From positions 400 to 64,399 of the forward strand of contig CAZTNA010000017.1 in NCBI GenBank assembly GCA_964615305.1: 64,000 bases of DNA, written 5' to 3'. Below are positions 17,484 to 27,710 of the stretch, one piece after another. The notes under the pieces were generated by a model, which saw only the letters and a program-made list of their open reading frames with translations, was not told the origin of the DNA and searched no databases. Both the position numbers and the translations under genes were made by a program. The stretch is from an uncultured Chitinophaga sp. GTDB taxonomy: Bacteria > Bacteroidota > Bacteroidia > Chitinophagales > LD1. Numbering within the stretch: the stretch's first letter is position 1; each line of letters opens with the position of its first letter.

Positions 17484-20102
17484 ATGAACGCAAATAATTT
17501 CACCACCAAAGCATTGGAAGCGCTCAGTGCAGCGCAACAAGATGCTTTTAATAACTCGAATCCTCAACTGGAAACCATACACCTTTTAAAAGGAATGTTG
17601 GAAGCGGATGAAGACGCGCTTCCTTTTCTATTGCAGAAGGCAGGAGTAAACAAAAACATACTGCTGGGTAAGGTAGAAGAGAAAGTAAAAACACTTCCTA
17701 AAGTATCGGGCGGTGGAAACGATGTAGTGCCTTCGCCATTGTTCGGCAAATTGATTCTGCAATCCAATAAACTGCTAAAAGATTTTGAAGATAGCTATGT
17801 AGGTATAGATATTCTATTGCTTGCTATGCTTTCTGTTAACGATGATTCAACCAAGCTTTTGAAAGAAGTTGGGTTAGATGAAAAAAAGCTTCGGGCAGCC
17901 ATTCTCGAATTACGCAAAGGCAACAAAGTAACCGAGCAAGGAGCCGATGCTAAATACAACTCGCTTGATAAATATGCTGTTAACCTAAACGCAAGCGCAA
18001 AAGCCGGCAAACTAGATCCCGTCATTGGCCGCGATGAAGAAATACGCAGAGTCATGCACATACTTACTCGCAAAACCAAAAACAATCCGTTGCTGGTAGG
18101 TGAACCCGGTGTAGGTAAAACGGCTATTGCCGAAGGCATTGCCCACCGCATAATAAAAGGCGATGTGCCGGAGAATCTGAAAACCAAAGTAATTTATGCG
18201 CTTGATATGGGCGCGCTGATGGCCGGTGCAAAATACCGTGGCGATTTTGAAGAGCGCTTGAAAGCAGTAGTGAAAGAAGTTAAAGAGAGTGATGGAAGAA
18301 TCATTCTCTTTATTGACGAAATACACACACTGATAGGCGCAGGTGCTACCGAAGGTGCTATGGATGCCGCCAATATTATTAAACCTGAATTGGCGCGTGG
18401 CGAATTACGTGCGGTGGGGGCTACTACCTTAAATGAGTATCAGAAATACTTCGAAAAAGACAAAGCCCTCGAAAGGCGTTTTCAGAAAGTGATGGTGGAA
18501 GAGCCAACGGTGGAAGATGCTATTTCTATTCTTCGCGGTTTGAAGGAACGTTACGAAAATCACCACAAGGTAAAAATTCAGGACGATGCCATTATCAGTG
18601 CCGTTACCTTGAGTAACCGCTACATTACCGAACGTTTTTTACCCGATAAAGCTATTGACTTAATAGATGAAGCAGGAGCGAAGCTGCGTTTAGAAATGGA
18701 TTCAATGCCCGAAGAGCTCGATGAAATTGAAAGACGCATTATGCAGATTGAAATTGAGATAGAAGCCATAAAACGCGAGAACGACAAAAAGAAGCTCGAT
18801 GAATTGAACGCAGAACTTTCGAACCTGAAAGAACAGCGGGCAGAGTTTAAAGCCAAGTGGCAAAGCGAGAAGGAGATAGTTGACAAGATAACTGCCCGCA
18901 AACGCGAGATTGAAAACTTTAAACTGGAAGCGGAACGTTTCGAGCGCGAAGGCGACTATGGTAAAGTAGCAGAAATTCGGTATGGAAAAATTAAAGGAAC
19001 CGAAGACGCTATCAAGAAGCTGGATGATGAACTCTCTAAAATTTCTGCTGATAAAAGAATGTTGCAGGAAGAAGTAACCAGCGAAGACATAGCCGCTATT
19101 GTTGCCAAGTGGACAGGCATACCTGTTACCCGAATGCTGGAAGGAGAAAAGGAGAAACTTCTTCATTTAGAAGATAAACTGCGCGAACGGGTCAAAGGAC
19201 AAGACGAAGGAATTACGGTAGTGGCAGATGCTATCCGGAGAAGCCGTGCGGGCTTACAGGACGAACGTAAACCGATTGGTTCGTTCTTGTTTTTAGGAAC
19301 AACCGGTGTTGGAAAAACTGAATTGAGCAAAGCGCTCAGCTATGTTTTGTTTAATGATGAACACGCCATGGTTCGTATAGATATGAGCGAGTATCAAGAG
19401 AAACATGCCGTGAGCCGCTTAGTGGGTTCGCCTCCGGGATATGTGGGGTATGATGAAGGCGGTCAACTGACCGAAGCAGTTCGCAGAAGACCTTATAGTG
19501 TAATTCTGTTCGATGAAATTGAGAAAGCCCACCCTGATGTGTTCAACATTTTGTTGCAAGTGTTAGATGACGGACGCTTAACTGATAACAAAGGCAGAAC
19601 AGTTAATTTCAAAAACACACTCATCATCATGACATCGAATATTGGCTCAGATATTATTCAGGCGGCATTCGATAAAGTAACTGATGAGAAGGACATACTC
19701 TCTGCAAGCGAAACCGCTAAGGTAGAAGTGATGGAGCGCTTGAAACATACCGTTCGCCCTGAGTTTTTGAACCGTATAGATGAAGTGGTAATGTTCCATC
19801 CGCTAATGAAGAAACAGATTCGCGACATTGTTGATTTGCAATTACATGGTTTGAAAGAACTGCTGGCGCAGCGCGAAATCAATTTCGAAATTACTCCGCA
19901 GGCACTCGACTATTTAGGCGAAGCCGGCTTCGACCCACAATATGGTGCGCGTCCTTTGAAACGTGTAATTCAAAAGGAGCTTGTCAATGAATTGAGTAAG
20001 AAAATACTGAGCGGTGAAATTGAGAAAGGGAAAACAGTGATAGTGGATTCGTTTGACAACGGCTTGGTTTTTCTCGACAAAAAGAAAACCGGTAAGAAGT
20101 AA
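17484..20102 (+). CDS. clpB: ATP-dependent chaperone ClpB
   Basis: 872 aa with two AAA+ modules ([10 protein letters not shown] and [10 protein letters not shown] Walker A), a long middle coiled-coil, and GARPLKR near the C-terminus. Confidence 0.96.
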   Translation: MNANNFTTKALEALSAAQQDAFNNSNPQLETIHLLKGMLEADEDALPFLLQKAGVNKNILLGKVEEKVKTLPKVSGGGNDVVPSPLFGKLILQSNKLLKDFEDSYVGIDILLLAMLSVNDDSTKLLKEVGLDEKKLRAAILELRKGNKVTEQGADAKYNSLDKYAVNLNASAKAGKLDPVIGRDEEIRRVMHILTRKTKNNPLLVGEPGVGKTAIAEGIAHRIIKGDVPENLKTKVIYALDMGALMAGAKYRGDFEERLKAVVKEVKESDGRIILFIDEIHTLIGAGATEGAMDAANIIKPELARGELRAVGATTLNEYQKYFEKDKALERRFQKVMVEEPTVEDAISILRGLKERYENHHKVKIQDDAIISAVTLSNRYITERFLPDKAIDLIDEAGAKLRLEMDSMPEELDEIERRIMQIEIEIEAIKRENDKKKLDELNAELSNLKEQRAEFKAKWQSEKEIVDKITARKREIENFKLEAERFEREGDYGKVAEIRYGKIKGTEDAIKKLDDELSKISADKRMLQEEVTSEDIAAIVAKWTGIPVTRMLEGEKEKLLHLEDKLRERVKGQDEGITVVADAIRRSRAGLQDERKPIGSFLFLGTTGVGKTELSKALSYVLFNDEHAMVRIDMSEYQEKHAVSRLVGSPPGYVGYDEGGQLTEAVRRRPYSVILFDEIEKAHPDVFNILLQVLDDGRLTDNKGRTVNFKNTLIIMTSNIGSDIIQAAFDKVTDEKDILSASETAKVEVMERLKHTVRPEFLNRIDEVVMFHPLMKKQIRDIVDLQLHGLKELLAQREINFEITPQALDYLGEAGFDPQYGARPLKRVIQKELVNELSKKILSGEIEKGKTVIVDSFDNGLVFLDKKKTGKK

Positions 20103-20114
20103 TAATGTAAATGT

Positions 20115-20149
20115 GATTGGGTAAAATACTAACTGTGTTTTACCCAATC
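20115..20149. terminator. bidirectional terminator hairpin between convergent clpB and the 475-aa gene
   Basis: GATTGGGTAAAA (20115-20126) and TTTTACCCAATC (20138-20149) form a perfect 12-bp stem. The right arm overlaps the last codons of the minus-strand gene. Confidence 0.55.
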
Positions 20150-21556
20150 TATATTTTCGAGATAGGCAATTCCTGAATTGCCTCCTTCCTTCGCTGCTTT
20201 CAGAATGTTTTTCTCAAACGTTGATTTCAGTTTTTCTCTCTCCTTTTTATTGGCTATGCGTATGGCATCTTTCAAAAAGTCGAGCGTCATACTTTCTATC
20301 AAATAAAACGAGTTGTTGGTTTGCTGAAAGTATTTGTAGTTGCGAAGTGTGTTACCCAGCAATTCGTAATTGCCGAGTTCGTAATGTGCGATGAACGAAT
20401 AGAGAATAGCCACACGCTCAATGACCGGGCGAGCTTCGTGAGCTGTTTTAGAATGGTTAATGGCTGGTAAATAATCCAACGCCTTGCTGAAGTTTTGCTC
20501 CTTCATGTATAGTCCTGCCACACTGATGTAAACTTTTACACGCTCTAACTCGGTTAACCCCTTGCTGTGTTCGGGCATTTGTTTTTCTACCCAGGCTATT
20601 AGCTTTCTTCCCTCAGCAGATTGAGGTTTTACTATGTAGCTGCCTAGCTTAGCACGAAGCAGGCAAACAAACTTTTGCGACTTACTGAGAATAGAAACCG
20701 GTTCAAATTTTTCCAATTCATTAATCAGCTTTTTACTGTCTTTTTTTAATCCCTGCAAAGCCAATATGGTGTTGAAGAGCGTATTTATGTAGCCTACCTC
20801 TTGCGTTACCGCCAGGTTAGATGTTTTGCGCTTTAGCTCCAGTAGCTTGTAATTGTTTAAAAGCGCTGCCTCATAATTCTGATCTACGGTGTTCAACAAA
20901 CTCATGATGGTTTCAAAATTATTTTCCGCACGGGGCGACAAAAAATTTTGTGGCGGGGTCAACAAAACGTGCTGGCGGAAATCGGAAAGATTTTTTGAAT
21001 CCTTTTTGCCGCGGGTGCTGTAGGCGCGCATAATTTCAAAAAATAACTTGTTTCTGTTCAACAGTTCCTCTAACTTTTGTCTGAACTCGGCATCGTGATT
21101 CACCACCACCGTGTCGCGGTGCAGAAAAGAGGTAAACAAATTAAGTTGATGGCGGATGTAATTTTCTAGTTCTATATCGTCATTCTCCTGTGCAACGGTG
21201 AGGGTTGCCACAATCATATCTTCAGCTTGCTGAAACAGTTTTCGACTGAAGAGTACTTCGGAAAACTCTATTTTCTGAAAAAGTTGTAAACGGGTAAAGT
21301 GCGGTTGTAGCTGTGTATAGAGCAGCGATAGAATGGCTTCATACAAATACGCTTTGGTTTTGCCGAGATGATTCACAAAAGTTTCGCTACCGAACTTCTG
21401 CTTCACCTCTTCATCGTTTATGACATAGCCTTGTGCAATGGAGTTAAAAAGGCGAACAAAGTTGCTGTCCTCCTTTCCTTTAAATCTTTCGGTAAAAAGT
21501 TTTTTCTCGGCAGGGCTCATACCCGCTATCAACTCGTATAGATCGTTTTTCTTCAC
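20129..21556 (-). CDS. hypothetical all-helical protein, paralogue of 26140..27615
   Basis: 475 aa. The N-terminus DLYELIAGMSPAEKKLF ... DEEVKQKFGSETFVNHLGKTKAYLYEAILSLL aligns with DLFQLIKSLSPQEKKYF ... DEEALKKKFKGHAFVNQLSVAKNYLYDKILDAL in the other copy. Confidence 0.75.
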   Translation of the reverse strand: MKKNDLYELIAGMSPAEKKLFTERFKGKEDSNFVRLFNSIAQGYVINDEEVKQKFGSETFVNHLGKTKAYLYEAILSLLYTQLQPHFTRLQLFQKIEFSEVLFSRKLFQQAEDMIVATLTVAQENDDIELENYIRHQLNLFTSFLHRDTVVVNHDAEFRQKLEELLNRNKLFFEIMRAYSTRGKKDSKNLSDFRQHVLLTPPQNFLSPRAENNFETIMSLLNTVDQNYEAALLNNYKLLELKRKTSNLAVTQEVGYINTLFNTILALQGLKKDSKKLINELEKFEPVSILSKSQKFVCLLRAKLGSYIVKPQSAEGRKLIAWVEKQMPEHSKGLTELERVKVYISVAGLYMKEQNFSKALDYLPAINHSKTAHEARPVIERVAILYSFIAHYELGNYELLGNTLRNYKYFQQTNNSFYLIESMTLDFLKDAIRIANKKEREKLKSTFEKNILKAAKEGGNSGIAYLENIDWVKHS

Positions 21557-21663
21557 GCTACCAATATAGTAAACGAGGTGTCACACGTTTCCGTTTTCGC
21601 GAATTTTTGTTTTCGGGCACCTTGCCTTTTCTACACATTTGCACTAACAAAAACACAGAAAAA

Positions 21664-22986
21664 ATGAACAACAAAATTACATTCTTCGCAGCCGCGCTGC
21701 TTTTATCGGTTTTTTTAGTAAACGCACAAATTGTAAACTACGACAGCTATGGCAATGGCAGCTTGCGCCTGCTTAGTGAACGCTACAAAGAATGGAGTAC
21801 CCAAACTTTTGAGTGGGATGATAGCGATTCATCTACCTACAACTACAACGCCCAAGGTTTAGAGAATGAAAAGCGCACCTACTTCTCGCCTGCCAATACA
21901 TGGAACTACACCAAAATAAAAACTCAAACCTATACGTCTACAGGCAAACCGCTGCTTGTTACCGACTCTAACCTAACAAGTTCACTCGGTTGCAATCGTT
22001 ATGCTTACAATTACAATGCCAACGACCAGGAAATCATGCTGCAGTCAGAACGGGTTTCATCCGGCAACTGGGTTTTGCAAGCAAGAACCCAAACCAACTA
22101 CACCGCTTTTGACAGTGTGAATGTTGAGCTAACGCAATTCTACGTAAACAGTAACTGGGAAAATACTTATCGCACCGTGCATACCTACAACCCACAAAAC
22201 CGCGATACATTAGGCACCTACGAAACCTGGAAAAGCAACCAATGGCGGGGTGAATCGCGGGTTACAACCCCTCTCAATAGCAACGGACAACCGGTTTCGG
22301 CTACCAATCAGAAGTACGACACCCTTTCTGCCACTTACAAAAACTACAGCCAAAACCTATATACATACAACGTAGATAATCGCTTAGCCACAACCACTTA
22401 TCGACTTTGGAGTGCTTCATTAAATGATTGGGTAAACGTTACAAAATCCACTTACGCCTACGATACTAACGGAAACTTAGAGAATGGTTTAGGTGAAAGC
22501 TGGAACCTGCAAACACTGGGATGGGATTTATCTACTTTAAATACCTATACCTACAATGCAGGAAATATGCTGACTAATTTCTTGTATCAAACTCGCGATG
22601 GCTCTACTTGGAAAAATTATTCAGAAGCCATTTACACCTACAATACACAAGGATATATTACCAACTACCTTCAGCAAGGTTGGGATGACAACACGCTGGC
22701 ATGGCGCAATTATTCTGACTGGGCTTATTACTACGAAGCTAATCCGCTTAGCAGCATTACAGAAACAGAAAGAACCAAACTCTTTGTTTTCCCTAACCCA
22801 AGCAACAGCCCTGTTGTATTTGTAAGCGCTGACAGAAACCTGCCTTATGCACTTTACGACATGCAAGGCCGCATGATACAGCAAGGTAGTCTGCAACAAG
22901 GCACCAACAGCATTATTTTAAACGAAACCAAAGGCAACTACCTGCTAAAAGCCGGAAACAGTAGCACTATATTGGTGAAACAATAG
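21664..22986 (+). CDS. T9SS type-A C-terminal-domain secreted protein with YxYN/W-rich repeats
   Basis: Signal peptide MNNKITFFAAALLLSVFLVNAQ. The C-terminus is FVFPNPSNSPVVFV...YALYDMQGRMIQQG...GNYLLK (Por secretion tail). The tracked ORF starts at TTG 21607; ATG 21664 is the likely start. Confidence 0.85.
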   Translation: MNNKITFFAAALLLSVFLVNAQIVNYDSYGNGSLRLLSERYKEWSTQTFEWDDSDSSTYNYNAQGLENEKRTYFSPANTWNYTKIKTQTYTSTGKPLLVTDSNLTSSLGCNRYAYNYNANDQEIMLQSERVSSGNWVLQARTQTNYTAFDSVNVELTQFYVNSNWENTYRTVHTYNPQNRDTLGTYETWKSNQWRGESRVTTPLNSNGQPVSATNQKYDTLSATYKNYSQNLYTYNVDNRLATTTYRLWSASLNDWVNVTKSTYAYDTNGNLENGLGESWNLQTLGWDLSTLNTYTYNAGNMLTNFLYQTRDGSTWKNYSEAIYTYNTQGYITNYLQQGWDDNTLAWRNYSDWAYYYEANPLSSITETERTKLFVFPNPSNSPVVFVSADRNLPYALYDMQGRMIQQGSLQQGTNSIILNETKGNYLLKAGNSSTILVKQ

Positions 22987-23008
22987 CTACACTGTTTCTG
23001 TGTTTTTC

Positions 23009-23047
23009 GAAACGGCTGTCAGTTTACTGACGGCCGTTTCTGTTTTT
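23009..23047 (+). terminator. Rho-independent terminator
   Basis: GAAACGGCTGTCAG / CTGACGGCCGTTTC form a 14-bp stem (one G.U) with a TTTA loop, followed by TGTTTTT. Confidence 0.75.
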
Positions 23048-23106
23048 GAGTGTTTTCGTGAGGTTATAAACTTTAATAGATTTACTTTCATCGAAAAATT
23101 CATTGT

Positions 23107-23655
23107 ATGAAAACCCCCATTGACCTTTACAAAATCGGTGAGCATTTACATTTTAATGACTCAAGAGAATTAACTAATGGAAAGCGGAGCGAAGGCATAC
23201 TGACTGTGGCCCCCGGAAAAAGCGGGCCACCCCCGCACCGGCACATGTTGCAGGAAGAAGGCTTCGAAATTATCTCAGGAGAAATGATTGCAAAGGTGGA
23301 AGGAAAAGATGTGCTGCTGAAAGCAGGAAAAAAAATAGTAGTAAAACAGGGAGAATCGCACACATTTAAAAACGGAAGTAGCAACGAAAAGTTAGTTGCC
23401 CGGTTTTGGTTTGAGCCTGCTTTGAACATGGAATGGATGCTGCAAACGTTTGGTGAAGAAGCAATGAAAAGAGGCGGAAGCTGGGCAAATGCGCCTGTGC
23501 TGCAAATGTTGTATTGCATGTATAAAATGCGAAAAGAGTACCGTATTGCCGGTATGCCTTTTGGGATGCAGGATGTGTTGTTTGGCTTTTTTGCATGGCT
23601 GGCTGAAATTACTGGTGAAGCAAAAAAGATAAACCTTCCCGACTCGCTCAAATAG
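23107..23655 (+). CDS. cupin-domain protein
   Basis: G.SGPPPHRH...E.F.I..G... G....V.QGESHTF.N matches the two cupin motifs. Confidence 0.7.
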   Translation: MKTPIDLYKIGEHLHFNDSRELTNGKRSEGILTVAPGKSGPPPHRHMLQEEGFEIISGEMIAKVEGKDVLLKAGKKIVVKQGESHTFKNGSSNEKLVARFWFEPALNMEWMLQTFGEEAMKRGGSWANAPVLQMLYCMYKMRKEYRIAGMPFGMQDVLFGFFAWLAEITGEAKKINLPDSLK

Positions 23656-23677
23656 CGAAACCTATATTCGCCATTCA

Positions 23678-25858
23678 ATGCACAACTCCGAATTTGAATT
23701 AGCTAAACAGTTTGCGCTTTACACCAACAAGCATTTTTTCCTTACCGGTAAAGCCGGTTCGGGCAAAACCACTTTGCTGAAAGAGATTGCCAAACAAACT
23801 ACCAAAAATTTTGTGGTGGTGGCACCTACCGGTGTAGCGGCTATCAATGCAGGCGGGGTTACCATTCATTCGCAATTCAATTTGCCGCTTACTTCATTTA
23901 TTCCCAGCAGCGATTCGGTGAACCTCAACCTCATTACCAATCGCAGGGCATTGGTAGAACACATGCAGTTTCGTAAAGACAAGCGAAAAGTCATTCAGGA
24001 AATGGAATTGCTCATAGTTGATGAAGTGAGCATGGTGCGTGCAGATATTCTCGATGCGGTGGACTTTGTCATGCGTACCGTTCGCAGAAACCAAAAACCT
24101 TTTGGCGGTGTGCAGCTAATGCTGATTGGCGATATGCACCAGCTACCACCGGTAGTAAAAGACCAGGAATGGACGGTTCTTAAAAACTATTACACCAGTC
24201 CATATTTTTTCGATTCAATAGTCTGGAAACAGTTAGATGCTGCAGAAATTGAACTCAAAAAAATCTATCGCCAAACCGACAGACGGTTTTTGAGTTTGCT
24301 CAACAACATTCGTCATCAGCAATTAGATGAAGGTGATTACGAAGCGCTGAAGGAACGTTACCAGCCCGGTTTTAAACCAACCGAAGAAGGATACATTCTA
24401 CTTTCAACACATAACAACAAAGTAAACGCCATCAATCAGGGTGAGTTGCAGAAATTAAATAACCGCACTTATGCCTATGAGGCGGAAATCACAGGCGATT
24501 TCCCGGAGCATATTTACCCCTGTGAGCGCGAACTTTTTTTAAAAGAAAGTGCGCAGGTAATGTTCACTCGCAATGATTCGGTGGACGGAAGATATTACAA
24601 CGGCAAACTTGCTACGGTAAAAAAGCTCACCTACGATAGCGTAACCGTTACCTTTCACAGCAACAACGAAGATTTTTTGCTGAAGAAAGAACTTTGGGAG
24701 AACATTTCATACACCGTTGACCAAACCACCGACAAAATTGATAAAGATGTTACAGGCACATTCAGCCAATATCCGCTGCGGTTAGCTTGGGCAATTACCA
24801 TTCATAAAAGCCAGGGACTAACTTTCGATAAAGTGATTATTGATGCGGGAAGTTCCTTTGCTGCCGGGCAGGTGTATGTAGCGCTTTCGCGCTGCAGAAC
24901 CTTAGAAGGAATTGTTTTGCATTCGCTCATTACCCAAAACTCGCTGCATGGCGATTTGAAGATTACCGAGTTCAGCGAAGCGCACCACAGCGAAGCCGAA
25001 CTGGAAAATGTGTTGGAAGAAGCAAAAGTGGAGTTTGCGAATCAGCAACTGAAAAAACTTTTCGATTTCAATAAACTCCGCGAGCGCGTAGGCGACTGGA
25101 AAGAAAATCTGTTTGAAAAAGAAATACCCGATAAAGAAGCAGCGCTGGCACTCTTCGATAATATTGCTTCACAAATTGAAACCATTGTTTCTACTTCCGA
25201 AAAATTTGAGCGTGAGCTGAACCGCTTGCTCGCAGATTTTAATAAGGATAAACGGAATATAGTTCCATTGAAACAACGAAGTGTTAAAGCCATTGATTAT
25301 TTCACTGAAAATATTTTCAACCAACTTATTGCTCCGCTGCACGAACACATTTTAGCCATGGCTTTCAAAAGCAAGGTAAAAAAATATGTAACTCAAGTGC
25401 AGTATGTGCAAGACAGTTTCTGGAAAAAAGTAAGTGAACTTTACAACGCGCACTTTATGGGTGAAAAACTCTTTACCGGTGAGGTAAAATACAGTAAGGA
25501 GAAGTTGAAAAGCGTTCAGAGTTCAGTTACCAGCGGCAAAAAAGAAAAGGGCGGCACGTATAAAGACACGCTTGAACTATACAAACAAGGGAAAACTATT
25601 GAAGAGATTGCTGAACTGCGCTCGCTAACTGTAGGCACTATTAAAGGGCATTACGCCAAATGGATTCTCACCGGTGATATTGATATATACAATGCACTGC
25701 CTGCTGAAATCATCAATCCTGTAAAAGCATATTTGTTAGACAGCAACGAAAAGAGTGTTAGCGCAGTGTTTCGCAAGTTTGGTGACAAGTATGATGGTAG
25801 CGATGTAAGGATGATTTTAAATCACGTGCTTAGTGTTCTGTCTAAAACCTCGGCCTGA
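23678..25858 (+). CDS. Pif1/RecD-like SF1B helicase with C-terminal helix-turn-helix-like domain
   Basis: Walker A GKAGSGKTTLL, Walker B LLIVDEVSM, GDMHQLPPV, LAWAITIHKSQGLTFD and YVALSRCR. The C-terminal extension of about 270 aa ends in LTVGTIKGHYAKW. Confidence 0.88.
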   Translation: MHNSEFELAKQFALYTNKHFFLTGKAGSGKTTLLKEIAKQTTKNFVVVAPTGVAAINAGGVTIHSQFNLPLTSFIPSSDSVNLNLITNRRALVEHMQFRKDKRKVIQEMELLIVDEVSMVRADILDAVDFVMRTVRRNQKPFGGVQLMLIGDMHQLPPVVKDQEWTVLKNYYTSPYFFDSIVWKQLDAAEIELKKIYRQTDRRFLSLLNNIRHQQLDEGDYEALKERYQPGFKPTEEGYILLSTHNNKVNAINQGELQKLNNRTYAYEAEITGDFPEHIYPCERELFLKESAQVMFTRNDSVDGRYYNGKLATVKKLTYDSVTVTFHSNNEDFLLKKELWENISYTVDQTTDKIDKDVTGTFSQYPLRLAWAITIHKSQGLTFDKVIIDAGSSFAAGQVYVALSRCRTLEGIVLHSLITQNSLHGDLKITEFSEAHHSEAELENVLEEAKVEFANQQLKKLFDFNKLRERVGDWKENLFEKEIPDKEAALALFDNIASQIETIVSTSEKFERELNRLLADFNKDKRNIVPLKQRSVKAIDYFTENIFNQLIAPLHEHILAMAFKSKVKKYVTQVQYVQDSFWKKVSELYNAHFMGEKLFTGEVKYSKEKLKSVQSSVTSGKKEKGGTYKDTLELYKQGKTIEEIAELRSLTVGTIKGHYAKWILTGDIDIYNALPAEIINPVKAYLLDSNEKSVSAVFRKFGDKYDGSDVRMILNHVLSVLSKTSA

Positions 25859-26109
25859 TGAAAATAAAATTGCTACCGGTGGTTACCATTGTAGCCATTA
25901 TCTTGCTTATGCCATCATGCAAACGCGTATTCGTTTGTGGCTGCAGCGCATATCAAACTACACCTGACAGTATTGGTATTTATATAGATACTTTTTCCGA
26001 CAGATTTAAAGCATATAAACCTGAAGCTGAAGATTATTGCAAAGAAGAATTTACGGATTCTCTAAACAGACAGTTTGGTGTAAACAACACTCAGTGCTTT
26101 GTAAACTGA
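25858..26109 (+). CDS. small lipoprotein (83 aa)
   Basis: Lipobox LLMPSC. The ATG overlaps the helicase stop (TGATG). Confidence 0.55.
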   Translation: MKIKLLPVVTIVAIILLMPSCKRVFVCGCSAYQTTPDSIGIYIDTFSDRFKAYKPEAEDYCKEEFTDSLNRQFGVNNTQCFVN

Positions 26110-26139
26110 GTAGGGATGTAGGTCTAAGGGCAGAGAAAA

Positions 26140-27615
26140 TTACAAACCCGAAATTTTACGGTTAACCCAACTTTCAAAGTCTCGGAAATTGTGTTCGGTT
26201 GAAGAACGTCTAAACAAAGACAACTTTTCTTGAATGTCGTTGAACTTTTCTTTCAACTCTTTTTTGTCGCGGGCTGAACTCAGTTTTTCGAAAAACAAAA
26301 TGATTTGCCGTTCACCCTCGTTTAGTATGCTGTGCTTTTTAAACCAGTCCATCACATTCTTGCTTTGGTTTTTCAGCAATTCCATATTGCGTATCTCATA
26401 CTGAATCATCAGCCACGTAATCCGTGTGCGGGGGCCTGCTGTGTTTAATACCTTCATTTCTAATTGTTCATTGAACAGTTGTATGCACTCACCCCACTTT
26501 TCGGCCTGAAAGTGTATGCGCAGCAAATTAAATACAGCGCGGTGGCTGATGATTACGTTCATACGTGGCTTTTCTTCCAGCCACCATTTTTTGTGTTGCT
26601 CATAAAATGCCAATGCTTTTTTGCTCTCAATTTCAAATTCGGCAAAGTAGTCGAGCATAAACATGAAATACTCCTGACGAATACTCAGTTTGTTGTAGTA
26701 ATCTTTCTTGGTCAGCGCTTCGTATTTCTTCATCATCTTGTCACATAGAGAGCGGTTGTGCTCATGTAAACCAATTTCCAGAATATCAATAAACACCCCG
26801 TAATAAGTTACCTGCCATTCGCGTGTTGAACGTTCATGTTTCTCAAGATAAACCATGAATTTTTCCGCCATCGCAAGTGCTTTGCTCCACTTGCCCAACA
26901 CAGTAAGATAGCGGTAATTGCTTTTTACAAAGTAATGCTTTGCACGAAAGCTCAACGCCTTTTTTTCATCCTTCAGCAGCGGATTCTGCATCAACTTATC
27001 TAGCTCATTACGATTTTCTTTCTTCTCTAAAAGTTTGGCATCGGCAAAAAAACGGTTGGTCTCTATTTGCAGCGTTTCGTATTGCAGGTAGTTTAGCAAT
27101 ACTTCCGCGTGCTGTGTCGCCTCATTACTATTCTTAATCAAATCATCTACATCAAACTCGCGTAGTAATCTGGTAACTATTAAGTTTTTCTGTCTTGTCA
27201 AATGCGGCAACAGCGTCAGCGTATTCATTTCCTGCATTTTCGCCAGCGTTTTTTCATATTGCTGAAGTGCCAGCTTCATCAGGTTTCTGCGCATCAGTAT
27301 TTCAGTGCGCCCTATCATGCGCTCTATGTTCAACATGTCGTCTTCATCTGCATGTTGGCTATGCAGGGCATCCAGGATTTTGTCGTACAAATAATTTTTG
27401 GCTACCGAAAGCTGATTGACAAACGCATGGCCTTTAAATTTCTTCTTCAGGGCTTCTTCATCATACGCTTCCTGCTCGTCAATAGCGTCAAATAAAATTT
27501 CGTAGCTGTTTTCGCGTTCAACGGCATACACACGGCTTTGCTGCTTAAAGTATTTTTTCTCCTGCGGGCTTAGAGATTTTATGAGTTGGAATAAATCGGT
27601 GGATGGTGTTTTCAC
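26140..27615 (-). CDS. hypothetical all-helical protein, paralogue of 20129..21556
   Basis: 491 aa with conserved N-terminal motifs shared with the 475-aa protein (see that entry). Same divergent arrangement with a T9SS cargo gene. Confidence 0.75.
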   Translation of the reverse strand: MKTPSTDLFQLIKSLSPQEKKYFKQQSRVYAVERENSYEILFDAIDEQEAYDEEALKKKFKGHAFVNQLSVAKNYLYDKILDALHSQHADEDDMLNIERMIGRTEILMRRNLMKLALQQYEKTLAKMQEMNTLTLLPHLTRQKNLIVTRLLREFDVDDLIKNSNEATQHAEVLLNYLQYETLQIETNRFFADAKLLEKKENRNELDKLMQNPLLKDEKKALSFRAKHYFVKSNYRYLTVLGKWSKALAMAEKFMVYLEKHERSTREWQVTYYGVFIDILEIGLHEHNRSLCDKMMKKYEALTKKDYYNKLSIRQEYFMFMLDYFAEFEIESKKALAFYEQHKKWWLEEKPRMNVIISHRAVFNLLRIHFQAEKWGECIQLFNEQLEMKVLNTAGPRTRITWLMIQYEIRNMELLKNQSKNVMDWFKKHSILNEGERQIILFFEKLSSARDKKELKEKFNDIQEKLSLFRRSSTEHNFRDFESWVNRKISGL

Positions 27616-27710
27616 TTTTCTAAGTTATGAAGTTTTTTCCTCTTGATAAGGTTTTGGCTTGTGCGCATGTTTGCATCGCAATAAATTTCTGAAACCAAAA
27701 CCAAATTTTC

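Noticed and set aside
18702-19166. Long antisense ORFs inside clpB. The same applies to 4823..5287 in accA, 36016..36384 in acnA and 8560..9146 in the PEVK-like gene
   Set aside because: They are embedded in strongly supported genes on the other strand, and their low-complexity translations are typical of shadow ORFs.
21607-21663. Upstream TTG-initiated extension of the T9SS cargo ORF
   Set aside because: The extension (MFSGTLPFLHICTNKNTEK) precedes a canonical ATG plus signal peptide at 21664, and it would place the signal peptide internally.
23127-23678. 183-aa minus-strand ORF almost exactly antisense to the cupin gene
   Set aside because: The plus-strand product has both cupin motifs (PPHRH..E, GESHTF.N). 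The antisense translation is low-complexity (S/P/F/C-rich) with no motif. It is a shadow ORF.
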